Below are positions 1-14,400 of a DNA stretch of 39,704 bases, one piece after another. The notes under the pieces are model-generated. The model was not told where the DNA came from, did no database searches, and worked only from the letters and a program-made list of their open reading frames with translations. The translations under genes and the position numbers were made by a program. The stretch lies in the NCBI GenBank assembly GCA_964016885.1, contig CAXHJY010000501.1, positions 1-39,704 of the forward strand, read 5' to 3'. This DNA comes from Eledone cirrhosa (Eukaryota). Every line of letters begins with the position of its first letter. Within the stretch, counting starts at the first letter, position 1.

Positions 1-1840
<1,840 letters not shown>

Positions 1841-2275
1841 TAATATTTTGGTACAAATTGTGTATATTCAAATTCTATCCCTAACTTTATACATCCAGCC
1901 GATATATATTTACTCTTTCATCATTCCAGCAATCAATAGAATAAGGACTAAATCGAGTACAAAATCAATAACATTGTGGAAATGTTATTGCATTGTTTGG
2001 CGCAATTTTTAATGAAACGATATTTTTGTAATTATATCAAATATTTGTTGAAGCTTTCTACACACATACCTTTCAGTAATGAGGGCCAAACTTATACATC
2101 GCAACGTAAAAGTCAATCAGATACTAAGTCAATCAAATACAGTGCCAATATAGATATTGTAGATATTGCTGGCACATCATACATACTTCATACATTGACC
2201 CACCAACCCTAATTTTAAAGAATAGAAATTTAGAAAGATGTTCATGGTGATTATGATGATCATGATGATGACAGA

Positions 2276-2645
2276 ATAATAATTGTTTCGACTTTTGGTG
2301 GTTTATTTTATCGACCTCGTAAGGATGAAAGATAAAGTTAACCAGGGCAGATTTGAACTCAGAACGTAAAGGGCCATAATTCTATGCAGCAGAGCAAGGT
2401 GTCTGACGCTCTACCGATACTGCCAAATACTGATTTCTACTATAGGCACAAGGCCAGCAATTTTGTGGGGAGGGGGATAGTTGATTATATCGACCCCAAT
2501 GCGTCACTGGTACTTTATTTTATCGACCCTGTAAGGATGAAAGACATTCTAACGTCGGCTGGATTTTAACTCAGGATATAAAGGGCCGTAACTCTATACT
2601 ACGAGGCAGGGTGTCCGAAGCTCCCCCGATTCTGCAATTCCACCA
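2276..2645 (-). mobile_element. Two tandem copies of a tRNA-derived SINE (octopus-type, Meta/MESC-like core)
   Basis: The motif TTTATTTTATCGACC..GTAAGGATGAAAG..GATTT(G/T)AACTCAG occurs twice. On the minus strand it reads as a pol III B-box (GAGTTCAAATC) followed by a CTTTCATCCTT..GGTCGATAAAATAA..ACCA core. The first copy has an internal deletion. The same family recurs across the window. Confidence 0.8.
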
Positions 2646-3719
2646 TTCTTTATTGGCCACAATGACTACATAAAGAGGACAATACAATTGTCGGCGACAG
2701 TAGCGGTGTTTTACAAAAAAAATAGACTAATCAATATAAAAACACTAGTATATACGCCCATAGATTACGTGTTTCTTCGTGGTTGTTTAGCTGATATATA
2801 TAACTGTTGATGATATATCTGACTTCAATTACCTTTATTCTACCTTATGACATTATCACACACGTCGGTTCTTAGCGAACAACTTATGATGTAATTCAAT
2901 CCGCAAGGCATTTCAGTCAGTCTTTTACAATATGCTTAACTTCCTGGCAAAGTCTCTACGTACTCGTTTTGTTTTTATCATTTCCTTAATTTAAGATATG
3001 TTTGGCTACAATATTTAAGGCAAAAGTTGTTGTTGTGTGTTGTGGTGGTGGTGGTGGGGTTGTGGTGGTGGTGCTGCTAGTGCTGGTACGGGTCGTGGTC
3101 ATTTGTTGGGGCAAATTTAACTATTGTAACCTTATTAATGTACGTGTTTGCCAGACAGTCAATCTAATGAAGCTTATAGAAGAACCAGACAGACACATTA
3201 TAACATTCAAAAGAATTGAACTAAATTAGGTAATATTTTCTTTAGTTTGAAATAAGAATACATGCATACATGCAAACATACATATAATACACACACAGAC
3301 ACAGACACATATATGTATATATATAATGTGGGTGTGAGCGTATATATATATATAGAAAAATAAGATATTTAAATTGATGTGTGTGAGAGTAAGAGAAAGA
3401 GAGAGGGGGACCTTAAATAAATTTCTAATTTACAATGGCGACCGAGCCAATTTATGTTTGTTTAAGTTAAACAAAGAAAATTTGGTTTTCAATGTACATT
3501 ATTTCAAAACTCCATAATAAAAATTTGTTCTTTGTTTTCTGAGGGCATATGTATATAGGCATAGATTTGCATAACCAAATATATATATTAAAAAAATATA
3601 TATATTTATATATATATAAACGCTATAGATTAGAAACGTTGTTTATCTATGTATGTAGATTTATATATAGATTGATATGAAACACATATGTATAGAAAAC
3701 ATACTCATAAACACCCATA

Positions 3720-3760
<41 letters not shown>

Positions 3761-3880
3761 CACATACACACAGACACACACACACACACATATATATATA
3801 TATGCAGCATGATTAAGATATCAATTATCTGTAAAGTATATTTATACAATATAACTAACACGCCCCTGCCTCTATCTCTC

Positions 3881-3947
<67 letters not shown>

Positions 3948-4137
3948 AGAGAGAGAGAGAGAGAAATCGATACAATAATATATATATATATATATATGTA
4001 TATGTGTGTGTGTGTGTGTGTCTTTGTATACGTAAACACACACCGACAAACACACATGCACACATACGTAGACATACATACTTGTGTATGTTTGAATGTG
4101 TATGTGTATATATGTGTACATATATATGCGTGTGCGT

Positions 4138-4172
<35 letters not shown>
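3720..4172. repeat. Compound (TA)n/(CA)n/(GA)n/(TG)n microsatellite cluster
   Basis: Direct inspection. Confidence 0.9.
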
Positions 4173-4173
<1 letters not shown>

Positions 4174-4431
4174 TTACTTGCACGATAAATCAAAAGCCGT
4201 AATGCTTTGCACATTAATAGCTCTAAGTATGTTAAATATAAATATGTTTAAAAGACGTCCTCGCCGGGGAAGTGATGTGTTAGTTATATTACATATACTT
4301 CACATAAAATTGATATTTTAATTAGGCTACATTTGTTTATTGTTGTTGGTGGTAATAGTGGAACCCATACACGCACACACAAACAGGAGAATATGCATAA
4401 CACACACATGCACCCCCACCACATCATATAT

Positions 4432-4469
<38 letters not shown>

Positions 4470-4488
4470 TATAAATAAACCATCCCAC

Positions 4489-4521
<33 letters not shown>

Positions 4522-4570
4522 GGTGGATGGTTTATTTATATTATTTTTATATTTTATATATATATGTGTG

Positions 4571-4644
<74 letters not shown>

Positions 4645-4902
4645 AATATTATATTATATATATATATATGTATATATATACGTATGTATGTATGTTTCCA
4701 TGCATGCATGCGTGCATATATCAGTATTTTATCTAGCAATCACTTAACATATCGATTCAGTCCGTGCCAATGCTCATGGCATTGACTGGAACAGGAATAG
4801 AGTGAGATGATGTTGTGGAGGATGTGGCCTGGCGAAATAAAAATACGGAAAGTGGAGGGTGCCAGATAGTGTATGAGAGACACAAGCAATAACCATTACA
4901 AT

Positions 4903-5188
4903 ATGTTTCTGATTTAGGCAGAAGGCCAGCAATTTTGGGGTTGTGGAAAGTCGAATAAATCGACCCCAGTACATTACTGGTACTTTATTTTATCGACCCC
5001 GTAAGGATGAAAGGCAAAGCTAATCTTGGCAGGATTTGAACCCAGAACGTAAATGACCATAACTGTAATAATTGTTTCTACTTTTGGCACAAGGCCAGCA
5101 ATTATCCAGTACATTACTGGTACTTTATTTTATCGACCCCGTAAGGATGAAAGGCAAAGTTGACCTCGGCGGGATTTGAACTCAGAAA
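4903..5188 (-). mobile_element. Two tandem copies of the same tRNA-derived SINE
   Basis: AAGGCCAGCAATT...CCAGTACATTACTGGTACTTTATTTTATCGACCCCGTAAGGATGAAAGGCAAAG...GATTTGAAC occurs twice (~4903-5063 and ~5066-5188). Confidence 0.85.
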
Positions 5189-5872
5189 CTGTAATAATGA
5201 TAACATAAAGAAGTGCTAGTGATGGTGAAGATTACTTTTCTAATGATGACTGTTATTATAAAAAATAAATCATCCTCTGAATATCTTCTCTTATATTATT
5301 TGTATTGGGATTTTTGTTTCTTGTTTATATGTTTATTTTTGTTTGACTGTTGTTGTCATTGTTTTGTTTTTGTCTTTTATACAAATTTTCATTGCAACAC
5401 AATAATAGCAGAAATCAATATAGATGACTCAACGAAAAACACCCTGACTTCACAATACATAAATAAACGTTTGATGGCTCGAAATTTTCGTCTGGTGGTA
5501 GCCATTTTGTTTTGTTTTGCTTCATTTTGTTTTCTTTGTTTCTTCATCTTATATATTTTATATTTGGATTTTGCCGGATGATTATTTTGTTCGTTATTAT
5601 TATTGTTGTGGTTCTAGCTGTTGTTTACTGCTCATAGCCACAAGTCAATCCACTTAGCCTTGATTGAGCTATTCTATTTAGTATTCTCTAGCTGTTTTAT
5701 AGACCAACTGAACCGTAGTAAGTGTGTTGCGCTTCTCTTGAAAATAATACAAAAAAAAATTAAGAAAGAAAAATAGAGAAACTATTTCCAAACAGAGCAT
5801 ATCGGTTTGTTGTTTGCTGCACTGTCTTGTTCGTCTGTTTGTTTCGTTTGAAAATGATGTGTATATATTTTG

Positions 5873-5874
<2 letters not shown>

Positions 5875-5924
<50 letters not shown>

Positions 5925-6015
5925 GTGTGTGTGTATGTATGTATATTTATATATATATCTGTGTGTCTGTATGTTCCTATGTGTGTGTATGTATATGTAT
6001 ATATGCATATATGAG

Positions 6016-6074
<59 letters not shown>

Positions 6075-6170
6075 TATTATATATATATATATATATAAAT
6101 ATATATATTAATATATATATATATATAAATATATATATTAATATATATATATATATAAATATATATATTA

Positions 6171-6222
<52 letters not shown>

Positions 6223-6388
6223 CATATATACATATAATATACATATATACATACATACATAGAGAGAGGGAGTTTTACAGACAAAATTTAATTGACTGTG
6301 ACAAACAGATGTAAAGCAATGAATATGTATCGATATCTGACTGTCAATTTATCTCGATGTTCTTCCATATACGTGTTAGATGCCTTCA

Positions 6389-6419
<31 letters not shown>

Positions 6420-6582
6420 CATATTTATACACACTTATATATATATACATACATATATACATACACACAGGCGCATATATATACATATATATATATATAT
6501 GCGCCTGTGTGTATGTATATATGTATGTATATACATATATATAAATATATATATATATTTATATATATATATATTTATATAA

Positions 6583-6624
<42 letters not shown>

Positions 6625-6710
6625 TTATATATATAAGTGTATATATATATATACATATATATACATATATATATATTTATTTATATATATAAGTGTATAT
6701 ATATATATAC

Positions 6711-6800
<90 letters not shown>
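5875..6800. repeat. (TA)n-dominated compound microsatellite
   Basis: Direct inspection. Contains a short unique spacer at ~6260-6390. Confidence 0.9.
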
Positions 6801-7062
6801 TCATAAACATCCATATATTATTCATAAACATCCATACACTTGATAATACAACAAACACTAGCAAGATTTTGTCGTTTCAAGTGTTTATCAACTATATATA
6901 TTATCTAGTAAACTTTACTTATATATGAAAGAGAATCCTATCTCTGAAAGTTAAGTAACTCAGAAAATGTAGCGTTATGTTACCAGGTGTGACTCACTCT
7001 AAAATGACTGGCGAAAGATTTGATCTTGTGATCGATGTGGTGACAGTAAAGTACGTTATCCA

Positions 7063-7114
<52 letters not shown>

Positions 7115-7137
7115 TGCATACAATGCCTTTTCATAAT

Positions 7138-7355
7138 GATTTCTGGTTTAGACACAAGGCCAGCAATTTGGGGTGAGGAGAAAAGTCGATTAAATTGACT
7201 CCAGTGCGTGACTGGTACTTTATTTCATCGACCCCGGAAGGATGAAAAGCAAGGTTAACCTCGGCGGAATTTGAACTCAGAACATAAAGGGCCATAACTC
7301 CATGCCATGAAGCAGGCTGTCCGACGCTTTACAGATTAAACCAATTAACAGCCCT
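7138..7355 (-). mobile_element. Near full-length tRNA-derived SINE copy
   Basis: CACAAGGCCAGCAATTTGGGG...ACTGGTACTTTATTTCATCGACCCCGGAAGGATGAAAAGCAAGGTTAACCTCGGCGGAATTTGAACTCAG, with the B-box on the minus strand. Confidence 0.85.
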
Positions 7356-8119
7356 TAATGCTTTTTCATAATGCAAACAAATCATATTACTTTTTTTGTT
7401 TTTAAAAGAAGAAGCAAATACTGTAGCACATCTCTTCTGCTGCACAAGAAAGAACTTTATTAATGTAAGTAAAATGAATTCGTATCAACTGTGTATCGAA
7501 ACCTTTTCGCGTTTTTAGCCAAACAGATATATAACTCGCTCTCCGAGCTCCCTCACTAATTGTATAGTATGTTTAGCATATTAAAGCATTAACAGTGTGT
7601 GTATGAATATGTTTGTGTAGATATACCAACATTTATACGACACACAAATTTATTCAAGCGTGTAACACATGCAGATACACGCACACCAATGCGCTTGTAT
7701 GAGAAACATAAATGTGCGCGCATATGCTTGGACAAATCAGAGAGTGCTAATGTATGTGATACATACCTGTGTGAATCCGTGTATCAATTAGCCTCTGCCT
7801 GTATATATATATATTACCTGTTTGTGTGTGTTTCTGTGTGTGCACATCGCATCGTCATGATCTGACAAAGAAAATACTTCAAGTTGTACGTTTGTCATAG
7901 GCTTAGAAAATATAATTATTTCTTTGCTATTCGAAATGTTTCTTGTGTCACTGAACAATCGATGGTTTGTATATCTCTGCCATCAACCATCGCTGCATAT
8001 ATTTCGCGATGATATAAAGCTTATTATTCACCGTTTACATCTCTTTGTTCTCACACAAGTCCATCTCCCAAGAGTTTAGTCATCAAACGGCATTTGATTT
8101 TCACAAAATTAATAGACTA

Positions 8120-8222
8120 TATCATCATCATCATCGTTGTTGTTGTTGTTGTTGTTGGTGTTGTTGTTGTTGTTGTTGTTGTTATCATTATTATTAATAT
8201 TATTATTGTTGTTGTTATTATT
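8120..8222. repeat. (ATC)n/(GTT)n/(ATT)n trinucleotide repeat
   Basis: Direct inspection. Confidence 0.9.
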
Positions 8223-8857
8223 TATGATCATGATCATGATAAATCCATTTCTATTGTTAGTTTTGTTAGTGTTTTTGTTGTTTTTTTGCTTTGTTTTATT
8301 TTTGTTGTATAGTTAGTTGTTTGTAGTTAAGGCTTTCTTTTGTTATCTTTTACCTTGTATATATATATTTATCGTCATATCTATCTTTATTTACAGAAAA
8401 TCTACTTGCTAGAATGTTCTCTTTCTCTCAAATCACGCTGAAAATGTTGTTGCAACACCTGAGTCTTTGAGCTCACCATCTCTTATTCATCTCCTCCCTA
8501 CAACCGCAGTGAATATCAATCAACTTTCTATTCTTATGTCTCTATATACATCTCCTTACGAACGCAATTCATTTTATGATGTTCATATATATACGCATTT
8601 GCTTATATAAAAACCATACACATGATGTGATTTCTACACGATGTATTTCTTTTCATACCTTTCTTTTTTTTTTTACATGATGTTGTTGTTGCTGCTGTTT
8701 AACTCAAGTTCAACTATAATTGCGATCTTCGATGTCATTTTCGTTGAAGTGTCTATCTATCTATCTATCTTTTTCTATGTCAGTCTACCTACTACGTATC
8801 TCTCTGTGTGCACATACCGGTGCGTGTATGTCTTTTCTATTATATGTGTATATATAC

Positions 8858-8934
<77 letters not shown>

Positions 8935-9199
8935 TGTGTACGTATGCGTATGTGTATGTATGTGTATGTGTATATATAATTACAAAAAAAAAACGTGAAC
9001 AAAGGGATGCAAAAACACAAACTTATATATATATATATATATAAATACTACTCGAGCACTGAATAAAGAATTCACTCACGCATTTTTTCGCTGATACTAA
9101 AAAATGTATATATATATATATATTATATTATATTTTGAGAATAAACTCTCAGTCATTTACAATAATTAAGCTCCAGGAAGGGTCTCTTCCGAGCAGTTA

Positions 9200-9616
9200 A
9201 TACATTTAAAGTATACGATAAACACGTAATGTGTTTACATTGCAACAGACAAAGTTAGCTATTAATGAAATAAACTAATAAAAGTGAATACAATTTGTCT
9301 GTCTCGATATAAGTCAATAAAGACAATATTATATTGGCAACAGCCATGATTCCTGGACATATTTAAATTTCAAAATTCAAACCTGTTCTGTAGACGAATT
9401 TGAACCTCGAAACCCAAATAAGTTTCGCAACGGTGGAATGTGAATTGAAAAATAAAGAGAATCGAAATGGGATAGAAATAAAAGAGTGAAATACCCATAT
9501 CTTCTGTGCTTATATCGAGACAGACAAATTGTATTCACTTTTATTAGTTTATTTCATTAATAGCTAACTTTGTCTGTTGCAATGTAAACACATTACGTGT
9601 TTATCGTATACTTTAA

Positions 9617-9622
<6 letters not shown>
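9200..9622. repeat. Perfect 114-bp inverted repeat (9200-9313 / 9509-9622) with a 195-bp spacer; probable non-autonomous element
   Basis: The arms are exact reverse complements (ATACATTTAAAG...CTCGATATAAG / CTTATATCGAG...CTTTAAATGTAT). The right arm runs into (AT)n. Confidence 0.95.
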
Positions 9623-9662
<40 letters not shown>

Positions 9663-9758
9663 ATAATAATAAATGTGAAGACTTATATCCAAAGAGGGCT
9701 CGATAAGGATAAATATATATCAAATATATAAGAACCCTAGAGCAAATATTTATCAAAC

Positions 9759-9869
9759 TAACAGATTAAAGTTTATGCAAAGAATCGCTGCTTTCACCCT
9801 TAACGGGATCTTCTGAAGATCCCTTTAAGAGTGAAAGCACCGATTCCTTGTTTAAACTTGAATCTGTTA
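9759..9869. repeat. Imperfect 111-bp palindrome centred at 9814
   Basis: 55-bp arms TAACAGATT...GGGATCTTC-T-GAAGATCCC...AATCTGTTA. One arm recurs unpaired at 17398-17456. Confidence 0.93.
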
Positions 9870-9943
9870 TTTATATATATATATATATATATATAATTAT
9901 ATAAAATTAAAAGTGGTACATGCACTGTGTGGTTACTAATACA

Positions 9944-10681
9944 TATTGTTTAGAAAATGTTAGAGAAACACAAACATAAGAACAATTCCAGCTCTTCGGC
10001 TGTCTGATGTGAGTCAGTGATGTTTTGATGCGTTATAGACAGTACATCTCACCGCAGTGCGTTAATAACTACGAGATATAGTATTTGGGGATGGATACAA
10101 TAAAAGAAAACAGAGACGATAGCGAAGAGAACGACAGAAAAAGAAAATAAACAGAAGAAAAAACAGAAAACAACGTACCGATAGAGAGGGGAAACACGAG
10201 ACAGTAGTACACGTAAGTAGTAATAACCAATGGAAGAGAGGGAGAAGTTAAAAAAGAGACTTTATTAACAGCATGAGAAAGAGCGAGGAAGAAAACGTCT
10301 GATCTTACTTAGAGCAAGCGCAAAGAGGGAGAGACGAAAGAAAACGGAAGTGAGAGGGAGAGGAAGTGGTAAGGGGGCATAGGGGGGGGGGGGGTAGATG
10401 GTAAGAAAGAAAGAGAATAATTGAGTGGGAGAGAGAGAGAAAGGAGAGAAAGAAAGATAAATATTGTTTAGAAACACAAACATAAAGACAACTCCCGCTC
10501 TTCGGCTGTAGGTCACAAATGTTTCCAAGCATTAAAGACAGTACATCTCACCAGTGTGTTAATAACCACGAGATATACTTATTAGGGAAGGAAACAACAA
10601 AAACGCATCAGTGACTCACATCAGACAGCCGAAGAGCGAGAATTGTCCTTATGTTTGTGTTTCTCTTACATTTTCTAAACA

Positions 10682-10684
<3 letters not shown>
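9944..10684. mobile_element. Non-autonomous element with 79-bp terminal inverted repeats plus an internal direct repeat (Penelope pLTR-like arrangement)
   Basis: 9944-10022 is inverted at 10606-10684. 9943-10105 is also repeated directly (diverged) at ~10461-10600. The interior is purine-rich and the element is followed by (CA)n. Confidence 0.75.
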
Positions 10685-10758
<74 letters not shown>

Positions 10759-10768
10759 CATATATATA

Positions 10769-10825
<57 letters not shown>

Positions 10826-10981
10826 CGTCTTAGCTATGACCGTTGGTCCTTATTATGACGATGTTATAATATCTAAAACGCGCATATTTTCAAGGGATTA
10901 GAAGTGTAATTTGAGCAGGCTTTGGGTGCTATTTCTGACAAAATGAATGACTACTTATGAGGCGTTGATGTTGCTGATGTT

Positions 10982-11250
10982 GTTACTGTTCTTGTGGAGA
11001 CTTCGCGGTGCCCTTGGCACTAGGGCCACCTTCCTGCTCACCACCATTGGCACAGAGTTGGCTCCGCCCAGGTGTGATCCTCGTGACCTGGAATGGATTT
11101 TCCAGCGCTTTTCCCTCATCATCCTCCAGGGAAACGCCGTCTCTATTCTGTCCGCCGGGGTCGTGGGGCAGCCAGCGCGTGGGACCCCATTTTCTGATAA
11201 TAGTGAGAGATGGGGGAGAGACGGAGGTACTGACAGTGTACCTAGTGTAT
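10982..11250 (+). mobile_element. 3' fragment of a CRE-clade non-LTR retrotransposon (C-terminus of the restriction-like endonuclease)
   Basis: The translation VET(frameshift)GALGTRATFLLTTIG...DPRDLEWIFQRFSLIILQGNAVSILS resembles the CRE RLE terminal motif 'ETLG.WG...DPR....FQR.S.AIQRGNA.SIL'. The fragment is a GC-rich island. Confidence 0.75.
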
Positions 11251-11820
11251 ATGTATATGTTTTACGAACACACACTCAAGTATAATGATTATTTTCGAGC
11301 GCTATTGCAGAAGACAAGTAAATATATTAAGTTAGAATATTTTAATTACATGTTTAAATAACAACCATCAATGGCGAAAGAAAGTTTCTCCTGTATTTAC
11401 CATCATATCAGACAATATGTTATTTTTTTACCACTAAAAGAGTAATAGTCTGTCTCAGTAATTGAAATGGTCTATGATAATACATAAGTATGGAAGTACT
11501 TCAACCAATATTTTCACTTCCGAGACAACAACGAAACACGTTTATTTAATCTTCAATAATAAAAAAGATTATATAGGTCAAACGAATTTGACTATATATA
11601 TATCCTTTTATTTTCATAACATGAAATGTGTTTTGCTTACGTTAGTGGATTTTTGTTATTCTTGTTTTCGTAGCCGCGGTCAATTATTTGAATTGACATT
11701 CTCTTACCTCTACACTTAAGCAAATATGGATAAACGGATTTATATATATATATATACGTACGTACTTACACACAGACGCACACATATATGAACTGATACA
11801 CACACACTCACAAACAGGCA

Positions 11821-11893
<73 letters not shown>

Positions 11894-12588
11894 GAAGCAC
11901 AAGAGTTAGGATATATATATATATATGAAAACAGGGAGAAAGAGACGATTATGAGGAAGAACAATTTTTTTTTTCCTTTTTTGTTTCTCTCGCTCTTTTT
12001 TCTGGGTTAGAAAATGATTAAAACGAAATGTTTTACTTTGTGTGAAGTGTTAAGGTATTAGTTGATTTATTTATTATTTAACAATGGCATTTATTTATCT
12101 ATTTATATATTTAATTATTGCCTATTACGGGTTTCAACATTTATATGCATTATCAAATGATAGTGAAATGTATTAGTGTGGTGTCGCACATGTTAAACAG
12201 AAGGTGCAGAAAGAATAATGTTATTTACAAACAAGGTTTAAGAAGTGAAAAGAAAAAAGAAAAAGGAAAAAAAACGTGCATAATGTGGAACGTAAAAAGT
12301 CAATGTGGAAGAAAAGTTAATGTTATTTACAAGCACAGTCATTGAAGTTAAGCAGATCAAAATGTGTTAATATAGCAAGAGTGCTTAGTTGAACCATGGT
12401 TCCGTGATGGAGGCAAATGGTGGACTGAGGTTTGATATGATTTTCCTTTTTAGAGAGTTAATATGCAGGGGAAGCAATTCTTGCTGGGTGATATTTAATT
12501 TATTTACGAAAAAGGATTAGGTAGGGTGTGAGGGAGGGAACTCTTGAATTGTTTGATGGTTTGTTGCAGTATTAGATTGGTCCGATTT

Positions 12589-14155
12589 TTAGAGCATTGA
12601 GTAGTGGTTGAAATGTGTTTCCTTATTGGTACGTTGGATGAAAGTAGTGTTGTCTATGAATTTGTAAATGGGGGAAATTTTAAAGTTTGGATGTTGGTTG
12701 AGAGCACAATTGGCGATATGTTCACTAAATACAATCTTTCTGTATTCCTGTATTTTAATTTGTGATTTATGGACAATCATACGTTGACGGAGGCTGTTTT
12801 TTGTCTGTCCTATATAGTGCTCTTGACAACCTGAGCAGGTCAAAACATAGATAAGGTTTTCAGATGCGCATGTAAAGTTGTGTTTAACTCTGAAACGTTG
12901 TCCTTGTTTAAAATGGAATGTTGAACCTTCTATTATATTTATGCATATGCCACAGTTGGGCCTTCCGCATTTTGTTACTGTAGGGTTCATTGTGAGGGTT
13001 TGTTGGATTTTGGCTTCTGTGAGGATGTTTTTTATGGATTTGGGTTGTCTTTTGCTCTTTATGATGTTGTGTGTTTGGAGGATATTGTTCATTCTTGGGT
13101 CTCTTTTTTTGTAAAGGAATGTTCTGGAGGATGGTGTCGAATGCCTCATTGTTGAGGGGGTTGTGTGTGGAGATGTATGGTAGAGTTTTTTGTTGCGGTT
13201 CATTCCTGGGTTTGAGGTGTCTGAGTTCCTGGATGTCTAGTTTTAGGGCACGTTGGAATCCATTGGTGATTAGGGATGGTGGGTAGTTTCTGCTGATAAG
13301 TGTGTTTTTTAATTCTTCTACTCGTGTGTAGCATGTGTATTTATCTGAAACTATTGTGCAGATCCTTCTGGCTAGGTTATACGGAATTGCCATTTTGGTG
13401 TGTCTAGGGTGGCACGAGTTGAATGGAAGGTGTTGTTTGGAGTCTGTGGGTTTGTAGTATATGTCTGTTTCTATTATGTTACTTGTTTTCTTGATGAGGA
13501 TGTCGAGGAAAGGGAGTTGTTCATGGCTGTAATCCATTGTGAATTGTACGTTTGTGTTCAGTCAATTCAAAAGGCTTTTAAACTCAAACAGTCTATTTAT
13601 ACTTTCATGCCAGAGGATGAAGAAGTCGTCCAGATATCTCTTCCAGTTCTTTTCTATGTGTTGGTAGAAGAGGTTGCCGTATTAGTCTAGAACTTTGCGG
13701 TAGAGAATGGTTTCCAAATATCCCATGACAAGGTTGGCGTATGAGGGGGCCACTTTCGTGCCCATGGCAGTCCCAGATTTCTGTCTGTAGCATTTGGCAT
13801 TGAATTCGAAGAAATTGTTTTCCAAGATGAATTTGAGTCCCTCCAACACAAATTCTTTAGGGATGCGCTGTGGAAGTTCACTAGTGAAATTTTCCATCCA
13901 GAATTGTATTGCCTCTATACCTAGGTTGTGTGGGATATTTGAATATAAATTGATGACATCAAAGGTTACTAGTAGGGTATGTTCGTTATTGAGTGTTGTT
14001 GGGAGGTGGTTGAACATGTCAAGGTTGAACATGTCAAGCTATTTATGTTTTAGGAAAGGTTTAAGCAGAATATCTAGGAAGTTGCTTAGGCGGTGGGTTT
14101 CACATGTGGTGCCTGCTATTATGGGTCTTAATTTAAGGTCATCAGGAGGGGCGGT
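12589..14155 (-). mobile_element. Decayed, 5'-truncated Penelope-like retroelement (RT, Cys-rich linker, C-terminal GIY-YIG; Neptune-like)
   Basis: RT motifs LRPIIAG, LVTFDVINLYSNIPH, YRQKSGTAMGTKVAPSYANL, RYLDD, LPFLD and YYKPTD...SCHP; linker CGRPNCGIC; endonuclease FTCASENLIYVLTC..C.EHYIGQT..SLRQRM..H. Disabled by in-frame stops at 13682-13684 and 13562-13564 and a frameshift near 13105-13112. Confidence 0.95.
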
Positions 14156-14170
14156 CGCTCTCTCTCTTTC

Positions 14171-14212
<42 letters not shown>

Positions 14213-14357
14213 TCAATTATATTATATCAAGAATATCTATTTTGTTAATATTTTGAATTAATATTAATAACTCTGGAAAACATTTTTAGCTGTTGAGTGC
14301 TTCCAATCTATTGTGAAACTCATTCTTTGATGTATTCATTGAACCTTGTTCAACTTT

Positions 14358-14400
<43 letters not shown>

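Noticed and set aside
4760-4890. GC-richer stretch after a CAG acceptor-like site
   Set aside because: All three frames stop within ~17 codons and no homology is recognisable.
3661-9044. Many 60-214-aa ORFs
   Set aside because: Dinucleotide or trinucleotide repeat artefacts with no domain motifs.
9383-9435. CTGTAGA...CGAAAC hammerhead-like motif in the inverted-repeat spacer
   Set aside because: The essential A6 is altered and stem II does not pair convincingly.
13562-13564. In-frame TGA in the PLE RT as possible selenocysteine (as in Naiad PLEs)
   Set aside because: A TAA stop and a frameshift are also present, and the endonuclease is C-terminal, unlike Naiad. Ordinary decay is the simpler explanation.
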